From assembly GCA_964578245.1 (NCBI GenBank), contig CAZOCL010000002.1, positions 1,730-65,729 of the forward strand: a DNA stretch of 64,000 nucleotides. The letters run 5' to 3'. Below, piece after piece: positions 54,901-63,495 of the stretch (its first letter is position 1; each line of letters opens with the position of its first letter). The notes below the pieces were generated by a model. The model did not search any database. It was not told the origin of the DNA and worked only from the letters and a program-made list of their open reading frames with translations. The stretch comes from an uncultured Klebsiella sp. (lineage in GTDB: Bacteria; Verrucomicrobiota; Verrucomicrobiia; Limisphaerales; SXTU01). A program made the position numbers and the translations under genes.

Positions 54901-55571
54901 CCCCGGCGATCACCACCCCGGTGCAATTCCTGCCCAGCGGCCTGCTGGGTTCGCCCGGGCTGACACAGTCGCGCGGCGCGGGCAATTACTCGGCGGCCTG
55001 GCTCAACAATACCATTGGCGGCCTGAGCGGTGATGCGACGGTGGGCACGCTGGTCATGACGCTGCCCGCGGGAGCCGGCCCGAACGCCGCGTATGCCGTG
55101 CGGTTCGACCATGCCTCCGCCTCCCCGACGGGCCTCGGCACGGTGCCTGCCCGCCGCGAGGCCGGGCTCATCACGACGCGGGTTCGCAGCACGTCTTCAT
55201 GGGGAGACGCCATTCCGGATGCGTGGCGCTTGAAGCACTTTGGCGCGTTGAACAATCTGCTGTCCGCCGCGGATGCGGATGCGGATGGCGATGGCATTCC
55301 GAACTGGGCGGAATTCCGCGCCGGCACGGACCCGAATGACGCCTCCTCCGGGCTGCAGCTCCGCACCCCTGGCCTGCTGAGCAGTGGTCCGCGCTTGCGC
55401 TGGCCCACGACATCGGGGAAGAGCTACGTGCTGGAGGTCTCCGGCTCCATCGCCGGCACCAACTGGACCGCGATCGCCACCAATGTGCCTGGCACCGGCC
55501 GGGACATCGAGTTCCAGACGCCACCGCCCGCCGGGCCGCAATTCTATCGCGTGCGTTTGGTGGAGCCCTGA
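51912..55571 (+). CDS. Giant secreted NHL-repeat protein, paralogous architecture
   Basis: It has NHL blades (FNTPIGLAVDAGGNIYVADSKNNVIRKID and others). Also YYTVDGTEPT, GDFGDTNLLANDI/FGDGTLDVADIF, DADGDGIPNWAEF, and the ending PQFYRVRLVEP. Confidence 0.8.
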   Translation: MRTAPAHRAMTFARRFRPALAALVAGWAVVAGAQSVDVVITNGLVEPHSLTVDPAGTLYITDQGGISFFGQPSANRILKFIPTTSTFTVLAGDRDGSNGTNDNPTANAGFNARFYNPAGIVTARGGLVVADSANHTIRYVGFDGVVSNIAGAPTIAGLADATGGAARFNTPIGLAVDAGGNIYVADSKNNVIRKIDPANAVTTYAVGFNQPNGVTVGDNGDLWVADTLNHQIKSVATGGAVTVRAGTGIAGSADTFPIAASAQLSFPRGVVWMGAAGLLITDSGNHTVRRLYTNTSVSTYTIETSAGAAGQAGFVNGGTNVARLNSPVGLVADVLNGAFLVADQGNKAIRRIQQTAAQPPIGNPTIGIVELKTDPTTGQTGTVLTSITSSVFNNDVVIAILADAGVNTYFNYGVTPTNAFVDTIAPPGPGTGSAPAYANGAASLPSTIINPVLPDLTIKAQSSQNGRIASGVVSARFQFQTANPTVVGNNAASFLVNNISSGAQMYYTVDGTEPTNGAPSLGPITSGTTLSFNLNNSNLVFQIKAFKANYAASTTISNVFSPSNFVANRISFGFDGGEASSGFIAAAGQTFYAPVTLGLLAAQQMNSLQFSISATNGTGPSLAAGGIGFASRLLKPDPNNPGVYLIIPPQFFTGFTTNIVGTTTNIVQNFTNMVTTNSVLNLLSVGWIEREGATNLYDTTAQDLLKFSSAHDTLFDGGNGKVVVGAFAVKVPTTATNGHTYTIQIRRPSGTVDGINQDVFIDAPTNGSLTAPSPINAIRTLTVGSPVYLVGDAVPFRWFNAGDFGDTNLLANDIAQIFQAAVYGVNSPAGGSDFEDAMDSCCGSIIPAGGGLFLQGPNVGGSLASGDDTVINTIGFGDGTLDVADIFVTFRRSLDASLTNFFRFRSNGFHYAFAGSNSFRGVSGQSLTSGGKTGSRGGPVAQSLLTPGDVPSVTFSAGESIGGAGQTLNIPISATISGSLPLRVLMLNLSVVPLEGSPAITTPVQFLPSGLLGSPGLTQSRGAGNYSAAWLNNTIGGLSGDATVGTLVMTLPAGAGPNAAYAVRFDHASASPTGLGTVPARREAGLITTRVRSTSSWGDAIPDAWRLKHFGALNNLLSAADADADGDGIPNWAEFRAGTDPNDASSGLQLRTPGLLSSGPRLRWPTTSGKSYVLEVSGSIAGTNWTAIATNVPGTGRDIEFQTPPPAGPQFYRVRLVEP

Positions 55572-55636
55572 AGCTGCCGAAGCGCAGCGGCGAGTGGCCC
55601 GGCCAGGCTTGAACTTTGTTTGACGCAGCCCGAAAC

Positions 55637-58150
55637 ATGAAGCGCCGCTTACGTTTCCTGCCGGTTGTGATGGGTCTGTGGCTGGCCGTCTCCCTCGCGG
55701 CCTTCGCCCAGTCCTCCATCACGAATTTCGCCGGTGCCGCCGGCAATTCTGGCAGCGCGGATGGTTCGGCCACGACCGCGCGCTTCACCTCGCCGGCCGC
55801 CGTGGCGGTGGATGGCTCGGGCAACGTGTATGTCGTCGAGAGTGTCAACAACACCCTGCGCCTCATCACCCCGCTGGGAGATGTGAGCACCTTGGCTGGC
55901 ACGGCGGGCGTCTCCGGCAGCACGGACAGCACGAACAGCGCGGCCAGCTTTAAGACACCCAGTGGCGTGGCGGTGGACAGCGCGGGGAACATCTACATCG
56001 CCGACTACGGCAATCACACCATCCGCATGGTCACTTCCGCCGGGGTGGTGACCACCCTGGCCGGTCTCGCCGGTTCCGCTGGCAGTGCGGACGGCACAGG
56101 GGCAAGCGCCCGGTTCAGCAACCCGGCGGGCGTGGCGGTGGATTCCTCCGGCAATGTGTATGTCGCCGATACCGCCAACAGCACAATCCGCAAGATTACT
56201 TCGGGCGGCGTCGTGACCACGCTGGCGGGCACGGCGGGGAGCTTCGGCTCAACGGATGGCACCGGCGCGGCGGCCCGGTTCTTCCTGCCTTTCGGCGTGG
56301 CGGTGGATTCCGGAGGCACGGTATACGTGGCGGACACCTACAACCAGACGATCCGCGTGGTGACCGCCGGGGGCGTGGTGACGACCCTCGCCGGCATGAA
56401 AGGCTCGCCCGGCAGCGCGGACGGCGCGGGGACGGCGGCGCAATTCCGCTCGCCGCGCAGCGTGGCGGTGGATGCGACGGGCAGCCTCTACGTGGCCGAC
56501 TATGACAATGACGTGATCCGCAAGCTCAGTTCCGGCGGTGTGGTGACCACCCTCGCCGGCATGGCGGGCAGCAAAGGCAGCACGGACGCGGATGGGACCA
56601 GCGCGCGGTTTCGCGGACCCTCCGGCATCGCGGTGGACATCGCGGGCAACATCTACATCGCCGACAGTGGGAACCACACCATCCGCCGCGGCCTCAAGCC
56701 TTCCGCGCCCGCCATCAGCACGCAGCCCGTCAGCCAGACCATCGTCACCAACGGCAACGTCTCCTTTGTGGTCAGCGCCACGGGGGGCGGGACGCTCTAT
56801 TATCAGTGGCGCAAAGACGGCACGAACCTGAACGGCCAGGTCAATGCCACGCTGACGCTCTTCAACGCCCAGATCAGCCAGGCCGGGGCCTACTCCGTTG
56901 TCGTCTCGAACACCACCGCCAGCATCGTCAGCCAGGCCGCGCAACTGGCCTTCTACACGAACTACACCAATACCGTCCTGGGCGGCGTGGTGGTGGACGC
57001 GCTGACCGGCAATCCCAGCCCGAATGTGGTGGTCACCATCGCGGGCACGAATGTCACCTCCGGCGTGAACGGCAGTTTTCATTTCAATGCCGTGCCGGCC
57101 TTGCCAGTGACCCTCCTGGCCACGCTCTCGGGCTACGCGCCCTTCTCGGACACGCTCAATCTGCAGGTGGGCATCAGCAACCACTATGAGTTTGCCATCT
57201 CGCCGCAGCTCACGGACCCCAACAGCTTCCGGCTGGTGCTCAACTGGGGGGCGCTGCCAACGGATCTGGACTCGCACCTCACCACCCCGCTGATCGGCGG
57301 GCAGAACTACCACGTTTTCTATGCGAGCCGCGGCAGCGTGCAGGGGCCGCCGTTTGCGAACCTTGATGTGGACGACGTCACGAGCTACGGCCCGGAAACG
57401 ATCACCATCACGAATTTCTCGCCGGGCACCTACACCTACTACATCCACCAGTATAGCAGCAGCGGCTCGTTGCCCACCTCGGGCGCCATCGCACGCATCT
57501 ACACCTCCGCCGGCCTGTTCACCACGCTGCCGGTGCCCACCACCGGCTCGGGCATCTACTGGTATGTCTGCCAGATTGACGGGCAGACGAAGGCGGTGAA
57601 CGTGCTGAACTACATTTCCAATTCGCCGCCGGCCACGCCCAGCGGTCCCGCCCGCATCAGCACGCAGCCGCTCAGCGTGACCGCCACCGCCGGGGGCAGC
57701 GCCAGCTTCGCGGTCATCGCCACCGGGGCCGGCCCGGTCGCGTTCCAGTGGCGGCGGGACGGCACGAACATCACGGATGCAACCAACTCTTCCCTGTCGC
57801 TGCCCTTCGTTTCCCGTGCGAGCGCCGGGGTGCTCTCCGTGCTGGTCACCAACGCCACTGGTGGCGAGATCAGCGCCAACGCCCTCCTCCGCGTGCTGGG
57901 CCCGACGCGGTTTGACCCGCTGGAGCCGCAGCCCGGCGGCGCGGCGCGGCTCCGCTTTGCCGATCTCGGCGGCTTCCCATTGACCACGCAGAATTTCGCG
58001 GGCTTCCAGGTGCAGGTGAACACCAATCTCGCCACCACCAACTGGGTGTCGCTCACCAATGCCTTCCAGGTCATCAACGGCAAGATCGAAGTGGACGATC
58101 CCGGCGCGCTCCAGCAGCCGCGCCGCTTCTACCGCGTGATTGAACGATAA
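55637..58150 (+). CDS. Secreted NHL-repeat protein with Ig-like domains
   Basis: ATG at 55637 (MKRRLRFLPVVMGLWLAV). It has at least seven tandem NHL blades (FxxPxGVAVDxxGNxYVAD) and two Ig-like modules (YYQWRKDGTNL, FQWRRDGTNI). It ends RRFYRVIER. Confidence 0.8.
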   Translation: MKRRLRFLPVVMGLWLAVSLAAFAQSSITNFAGAAGNSGSADGSATTARFTSPAAVAVDGSGNVYVVESVNNTLRLITPLGDVSTLAGTAGVSGSTDSTNSAASFKTPSGVAVDSAGNIYIADYGNHTIRMVTSAGVVTTLAGLAGSAGSADGTGASARFSNPAGVAVDSSGNVYVADTANSTIRKITSGGVVTTLAGTAGSFGSTDGTGAAARFFLPFGVAVDSGGTVYVADTYNQTIRVVTAGGVVTTLAGMKGSPGSADGAGTAAQFRSPRSVAVDATGSLYVADYDNDVIRKLSSGGVVTTLAGMAGSKGSTDADGTSARFRGPSGIAVDIAGNIYIADSGNHTIRRGLKPSAPAISTQPVSQTIVTNGNVSFVVSATGGGTLYYQWRKDGTNLNGQVNATLTLFNAQISQAGAYSVVVSNTTASIVSQAAQLAFYTNYTNTVLGGVVVDALTGNPSPNVVVTIAGTNVTSGVNGSFHFNAVPALPVTLLATLSGYAPFSDTLNLQVGISNHYEFAISPQLTDPNSFRLVLNWGALPTDLDSHLTTPLIGGQNYHVFYASRGSVQGPPFANLDVDDVTSYGPETITITNFSPGTYTYYIHQYSSSGSLPTSGAIARIYTSAGLFTTLPVPTTGSGIYWYVCQIDGQTKAVNVLNYISNSPPATPSGPARISTQPLSVTATAGGSASFAVIATGAGPVAFQWRRDGTNITDATNSSLSLPFVSRASAGVLSVLVTNATGGEISANALLRVLGPTRFDPLEPQPGGAARLRFADLGGFPLTTQNFAGFQVQVNTNLATTNWVSLTNAFQVINGKIEVDDPGALQQPRRFYRVIER

Positions 58151-58327
58151 GGAACCCTGCCGGAGTTCCCGCTCCGGCGACGTTTCTGGTTTTGACGGAC
58201 CTCTTCTGCGCCGCTCTGCCTTTCTCCGCAGGCTTCTGTCGGCAACCCGTTCACTAGGGCCGTTCAACCCCTGCCATCTACCTGCTTGAGGCTGGCAGTG
58301 GGCGTGCTGACTGTGACGTGTCAGAGC

Positions 58328-58840
58328 ATGCACCTGCGTCCCGCCATTCCGTCCGCCGCCACCAACGGTGCCCGCGCGTTCAGCCTGATCGAAGCCATGG
58401 TCTCGGCCTGTGTCGTGGGCGTGCTCTTCACCTCCCTCTACGCAGGCATCACCGCCGGCTTCGGGGCGCTCAACTCCGCCCGGGAGAACCTGCGGGCCAC
58501 GCAGGTGATGATCGACAAGATGGAGACGCTCCGGCTCTACAGCTGGACCCAGCTCTCCACCTTTGGCTCCTCCACTTCCTACATTCCCACGACCTTTGTT
58601 GAGTCTTTCTATCCCACCTCGACCAACTACAGCGTGAGCACCGTCACCACCACGAATGCCACCGGCAGCGGGTTTGTTTATTACGGATCTGTGGCGGTCG
58701 CCAGCGCGGGCTTCAGCCAGAACTACTCGAACAGCATGAAGCTGGTGACCATCACGCTGCGCTGGACCAACGGCGTGCCCCGCTCGCAAAGCATGTCCAC
58801 CTACGTCGGCCAGTATGGAATTCAAAACTACATCTACTAG
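58328..58840 (+). CDS. Prepilin-type minor pseudopilin
   Basis: ATG at 58328. ARAFSLIEAMVSACVVGVLF is a prepilin N-terminal cleavage/methylation helix. Confidence 0.7.
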   Translation: MHLRPAIPSAATNGARAFSLIEAMVSACVVGVLFTSLYAGITAGFGALNSARENLRATQVMIDKMETLRLYSWTQLSTFGSSTSYIPTTFVESFYPTSTNYSVSTVTTTNATGSGFVYYGSVAVASAGFSQNYSNSMKLVTITLRWTNGVPRSQSMSTYVGQYGIQNYIY

Positions 58841-59363
58841 GCGCCGGCAGCTCGCCATGACGCTCGTCGAGGTGATGATTGCCACGGGCATCGGGACCAT
58901 GATCCTGGCCGCCGCCGGCTCGCTGATGGTTTACAACGTCCGCAGCCTGGCGGCGTTGACCAATTACGCCGACCTCGACCGCTACAGCCGCACGGCGGTG
59001 GACAAGCTCTCGCAGGACATCCGGCAGTCCACGGATTTGATTTCCTTCTCCACGACGGAACTTGAGTTCAACTCCTCGCGCGGCCGGAGCAACATCACCT
59101 ACACTTACTATCCGGACAGCCGGACCCTCGTGCGGCGGCAGGGTTCCAATCGCGAAACCCTGCTGAAGGAATGCGACTCGCTCGTTTTCACGGTTTACGG
59201 CCGGAACAACGTCTCCAACACCTGGGACCAGTTCGTCGTGACGACCGCTTCCGGGGCCAAGCTGATCAAGCTCAACTGGACCTGCTCCCGCACCATCCTC
59301 GGCCAGGCGGTCAACACGGAAAGCGTGCAGACGGCCAAGATTGTCATGCGGAAACAAGACTGA
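58815..59363 (+). CDS. Prepilin-type minor pseudopilin
   Basis: RRRQLAMTLVEVMIATGIGTMILAAAG N-terminal helix. It overlaps the upstream gene by 26 nt. Confidence 0.65.
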   Translation: MEFKTTSTRRRQLAMTLVEVMIATGIGTMILAAAGSLMVYNVRSLAALTNYADLDRYSRTAVDKLSQDIRQSTDLISFSTTELEFNSSRGRSNITYTYYPDSRTLVRRQGSNRETLLKECDSLVFTVYGRNNVSNTWDQFVVTTASGAKLIKLNWTCSRTILGQAVNTESVQTAKIVMRKQD

Positions 59364-59370
59364 CTGGCCT

Positions 59371-60921
59371 ATGAAACTCCTCCTCCGTCCCGCCCGTCCC
59401 GCTGGCAGCGTGCTCGTGGTCACGCTGGTGATCGCCATGATCATCGGCATCACGCTCGCCGCCTTCATGGACCTCAGCAGCGCCGCCCATCGCTCAGTGA
59501 TCCGCTCCGGCGTATGGAACGCCTGCATTCCGGTCGCCGAGGCTGGCGTGGAAGAGGCGCTCACGCACGTTTACCTGAACAGCACCAACCTCGCGGCTCA
59601 AGGCTGGAGCATGAGTTCCTCGGGCCTGACCATGAGCAACGGCGTCGCCCTCACCGGCACGGTTTACTACAAGTCCCGCAGCCTCAACGGTGGCAACTAC
59701 ATTGCTGCCATCCAGGGTGGGACCACCCCCACCATCACCGTGCAAGGCAACCTGCCCAAACCGCTTTCGACCACGGAAATGATCTCCCGCACCGTGCAGT
59801 TGAAGACGGTCGGCGGTGCGCTCTTTGCCCGCGGCATGGTGGCTCGAGGCACCATCAACTGGAATGGCAGCATTCTCTCCGACAGCTTCGACTCGCAAGA
59901 TCCTCGCTTCAGCAATGGCGGCCGTTACGACCCGGCGCTGCGCAACGACAACGGCTCCATCGGGTCGGTCGAAGGCAGCATTGATGTCGGGGCCAACGGC
60001 ATCATCTACGGCACCGCCGGCACCGGCCCCACCGGCCTCATCACCACCGGTTCGCACGGCGCGGTGGGGGACGCGGCCTTCGTCTCCGGAGGGGGCACGG
60101 GCATCCAGGCCGGGCATTCTCAAAACGACCTCAATGTATCCTTTCCCGATGCTACGGTTCCCTTCACGACGGGCTACAGCATTCCGGGAGGCGGTTACGT
60201 CACGAACTACACGACGGTTACCAGCGGTGCCAGCGTCACCTCCCTGATCTATCCTTCCCCCGCGCCAAGCCAGGTCACCACCAATTCGGTGACCAGCACG
60301 GCCTATCCCTCTGGCACGCCCTACTCCGTGACCACCAACGTCCTGGCCACACGGCGTGGCCGGACGACCACGTTTTCCACCAACTACACCTTCACCCAGT
60401 TCAGCTATTCCACCAACCTGGTGACGACGAACACCACCGTCACTTATTACGACCACATCCTCGACACGGGTGACTACTTTTTGAGCGGCATCAACAACGA
60501 GAATGTCCTCGTCCGCGGTAACGCCCGCCTCTATGTGCAGGGCAGTGTTTCCGAGTCGGGCGGCGCGGCCATCAGTGTGGCCAGTTCGGGCACGCTCCAG
60601 ATGTGGGTGTCCGGCAGCATCAGCCTGTCGGGCCGGGCCGCGGTCAACAACACGGGCGACGCGCTGCGCATGTCGGTCTATGGCCTGCCTACTTGCACCA
60701 GCGCGACCTTCAGCGGCAACGCTGAGTTCACCGGCACCCTTTACGCCCCGTCGGCCACCATGACCTACAATGGCGGCGGCTCGGATACGGCAGACTTCAT
60801 GGGCGGGGCAATCGTCGGCTCGGCGCAATTGAACGGTCACTTTTCCTTTCACTATGACGAGAACCTCGGCCGCAATGGTCCCAGCAGTTCCTTCGTGATC
60901 GATTCCTGGGTGGAACTTTGA
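59371..60921 (+). CDS. Large PilX/GspK-like minor pilin with a beta-helix-like C-terminal domain
   Basis: ATG at 59371. GSVLVVTLVIAMIIGITLAAF N-terminal helix, and Gly/Ser/Thr-rich repeats (GNARLYVQGSVS..., GNAEFTGTLYAPSATMTYNGG). Confidence 0.65.
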   Translation: MKLLLRPARPAGSVLVVTLVIAMIIGITLAAFMDLSSAAHRSVIRSGVWNACIPVAEAGVEEALTHVYLNSTNLAAQGWSMSSSGLTMSNGVALTGTVYYKSRSLNGGNYIAAIQGGTTPTITVQGNLPKPLSTTEMISRTVQLKTVGGALFARGMVARGTINWNGSILSDSFDSQDPRFSNGGRYDPALRNDNGSIGSVEGSIDVGANGIIYGTAGTGPTGLITTGSHGAVGDAAFVSGGGTGIQAGHSQNDLNVSFPDATVPFTTGYSIPGGGYVTNYTTVTSGASVTSLIYPSPAPSQVTTNSVTSTAYPSGTPYSVTTNVLATRRGRTTTFSTNYTFTQFSYSTNLVTTNTTVTYYDHILDTGDYFLSGINNENVLVRGNARLYVQGSVSESGGAAISVASSGTLQMWVSGSISLSGRAAVNNTGDALRMSVYGLPTCTSATFSGNAEFTGTLYAPSATMTYNGGGSDTADFMGGAIVGSAQLNGHFSFHYDENLGRNGPSSSFVIDSWVEL

Positions 60922-61284
60922 CTCAGCCGGCGGGGATGGTTCGTGGGAGGTTCGCTCGTGCCCGGGTGCCTTCGGCGGAGCCGAAATCTCAAGTTGAAGA
61001 TTTCACAGTTGAGGACCGCCGCATCCCGCTCGTCCCGTCCTTGGCTACTCGCCGGCCGCGCTCCAAACCCTGTGTGTCAGGCGAAGTTCATTTCGGGACC
61101 GCTTCGCTCCACGTATGGCTTGGGCCATCCGTCACCGTGCGCAGAGCCATAATACACCGTCGTCGGCCCTGCTGCGCGGCCCGACACTAGCTATGATTCG
61201 CATGTCGGTGCCGGTCATGGCCACCGCAATCATTCATAACCAACGCGGCGATCTTCCGCTGCATTTCACTAATCCTCGTTCCTC

Positions 61285-61641
61285 ATGAAAACCTCCCGCT
61301 CCCGCTCCGCTGGCTTCACCCTTGTCGAAATCATGATCGTCGTCGCGATCATTGGCCTCCTGGCCGCCATCGCGATTCCGAACTTCGTGAAGGCGCGCGC
61401 CACCGCCCAGAAGAACGCCTGCATCGCCAACCTCAAGCAGATTGATGGCGCAGTCCAGCAATGGGCCTTGGAAAACAAGAAGGCCGCGACGGACACCTAC
61501 GCCCTCACCGACACCACGTTTCTCGCCTACCTCAAAGGTTCACTCCTGCCCGCCTGCCCCGGCGGAGGCGCCTACAGTGCGGCCACCACCGTTTCCGGCT
61601 CGCCCACCTGCAGCCTCTCTGCAGACGGGCACACGCTCTAG
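61285..61641 (+). CDS. Major prepilin-type pseudopilin (T2SS GspG / type IV pilin-like)
   Basis: MKTSRSRSAGFTLVEIMIVVAIIGLLAAIAIPNF is a canonical G|FTLVE processing site and methylation motif. Confidence 0.85.
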   Translation: MKTSRSRSAGFTLVEIMIVVAIIGLLAAIAIPNFVKARATAQKNACIANLKQIDGAVQQWALENKKAATDTYALTDTTFLAYLKGSLLPACPGGGAYSAATTVSGSPTCSLSADGHTL

Positions 61642-61905
61642 GCCCGTTCCGCTGGTTCGCGACTTAGCGACTTTACCCGGCGGACGTCGAGAAAAGGGTG
61701 CTGCCTGCACGGCAGAGAACCGACGTCAACGACGCAATTGTTCGGGGGGAACCTTCAGAAAGGAAGATCCGGGCGGCAGACGCCAAGGAGGTGGGGCTGG
61801 GGAAGCCCGCTGAAGAAACGTGCTGCCACCCGGATCGAAAAACCAACTGGGAGAGTAATATCGCACTTCTGGTCAGAGTCAAGTGGCCGGGCTCCCGGCC
61901 GAGTT

Positions 61906-62352
61906 TCAGGCGGCAAGGGCAGGCCGCTGCCATGCCCCGCTCACCTGGCTGACCAGTTCCACCATGGCATGAAAGTCGAATGGTTTTGCCCGGTAGAACA
62001 GGTTGGCCTGGGGCTCATCCTTGGGCCGCTTCTCCGGCGACCATTGGGCGCTCATCACCACGCAGGGGAAGCCCGGCTGGCGTAGCTGGATGTGCGTGAC
62101 CAGATCCAGTCCCGTCTGCCCCTCAGGAAAAGAATAGTCCGTCAGCACGGCATTGATGTGCTGATGATTCGCCGTGAAGAGCTTGATCCCGTCGGCGACC
62201 GACTTGGCTTCCAGGATATGCCACCCGTGCCGTTGGAAGAACATCCGCAAGGCGAGGAGCAGGTGCGTGTCATCATCCACCAGCAACAGGGTGCGGTTGT
62301 TTTCGACGGCCCGGGTGGAGAACGGCGAGGCGTTGGCGCGTTTGATGATCAT
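61906..62352 (-). CDS. Stand-alone response regulator receiver protein
   Basis: LLLVDDD, VLTDYSFPEG (phospho-acceptor Asp) and the conserved Lys in YRAKPFD. ATG at 62352. Confidence 0.78.
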   Translation of the reverse strand: MIIKRANASPFSTRAVENNRTLLLVDDDTHLLLALRMFFQRHGWHILEAKSVADGIKLFTANHQHINAVLTDYSFPEGQTGLDLVTHIQLRQPGFPCVVMSAQWSPEKRPKDEPQANLFYRAKPFDFHAMVELVSQVSGAWQRPALAA

Positions 62353-62875
62353 GCTTGCAGGCAAGTCCTTGCCCGGCGACTGCGGCTGGTCTTGCCAACT
62401 CGTTCTTGTAACCCAGCCGTCCTCCGGCGCGAAATGGTTTTACCATTCGTTTACAATCTTGCGGACCGTCTGGGAGACAAGCGGAGCAGGCGCAGCGCAC
62501 GATTGGCAGCGGCTCCGTTTCCCCATCGCGTCCGCCGATGGGTGCTGCGGCTCGCTCGGGCACTGCGCCCGGCCTGTCTTCGCATCCCTGCGATACGCCC
62601 GGTCACGCTCTCAGCCCTGCGGATTCGCGGGAGGGTGGCTTTGCCTCGCCCGCGCTTCGGGGATTCCCCTAGCCGTCCCCTCATTTCCCGCGCCAGTCGC
62701 TGGCTTTACGGGGGTTTCGGTTGAAAAGCAGCTTTTTGTCGCTCACTGTCTTGAACCAGCGAATGATTTGTTGCTGCTGGACGGCCCTAATTCAGGGACC
62801 AGCCTTCCAACGGTGGCATACGGATTGCGTGAGTCACCTGTTGTGAGCGGGAGTGCCCGCCGCGCGAAGTGGCCG

Positions 62876-63418
62876 ATGAAACTGAATCTTAACAAACTAG
62901 TCGCCAGTCTGCTGGCTGCCGCCGGGCTGCTGGCGCTGGCGGCGGACGCTTCCGCGCAAGCCAAGGGCAAGGACAACAACGGGAACAGCCTCAACAACAG
63001 CAACGCCAAAGGCCAGGACAAGCCCACGATTGACCAGCGCCCGACGGTCATCCCCCGTGACCCGGCGGCTGATCCCGCGACCGCCCCTGATCAGAAGGGC
63101 AAGCCAGCCACCCCCGGCCGGCCAGACAAGACCCCGCCTCCAGCCGATGTCCAGACACTCGTCCGGGATTTCCAAACCGCGCGCGAAAAGTTCCTCGCGG
63201 ATCAGAAGGCCCTGGCCCGCCAATACAGCCAGGCCTCTGAAGAGGAGCGCAAGGCCATCCGCGAGCGGATGAAGGACATGATCGAGCAGTTGCGGGAGCA
63301 GCAAAAGGCCCTCCAGCAGGACATGCGCGATCGCGCGAAGGAACTCAAACAGCAGTTGCATCCCGACCTCAACCGCCTGATCGACAGCGGCTCCACCGAG
63401 GGAGGGCGTGGCCGATGA
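62876..63418 (+). CDS. Secreted low-complexity/coiled-coil protein (Spy/CpxP-like impression)
   Basis: ATG at 62876. Signal peptide MKLNLNKLVASLLAAAGLLALAADASA and a C-terminal charged helical repeat region. The long N-terminal extension of ORF 62174 looks non-coding. Confidence 0.5.
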   Translation: MKLNLNKLVASLLAAAGLLALAADASAQAKGKDNNGNSLNNSNAKGQDKPTIDQRPTVIPRDPAADPATAPDQKGKPATPGRPDKTPPPADVQTLVRDFQTAREKFLADQKALARQYSQASEEERKAIRERMKDMIEQLREQQKALQQDMRDRAKELKQQLHPDLNRLIDSGSTEGGRGR

Positions 63419-63495
63419 ACCCACGCCCCACTCCCCGGGCGGTGCCGGACGCAGCGCGTCCCGTCGTCGTCGCGAACAGCACCTGACCCTGTGTC

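Noticed and set aside
48611-58900. Very long minus-strand ORFs (952, 762 and 883 aa) opposite the three NHL-repeat genes
   Set aside because: The plus-strand products show signal peptides and regular NHL, Ig and dockerin-like repeats. The antisense translations are Arg/Gly/Asp-rich without structure.
62174-62875. Long N-terminal extension of ORF 62174..63418 (and overlapping ORF 62092..62724)
   Set aside because: It overlaps the response-regulator gene on the other strand and has Arg/Cys/Ala-rich non-coding-like composition. A proper signal peptide begins at the internal ATG at 62876.
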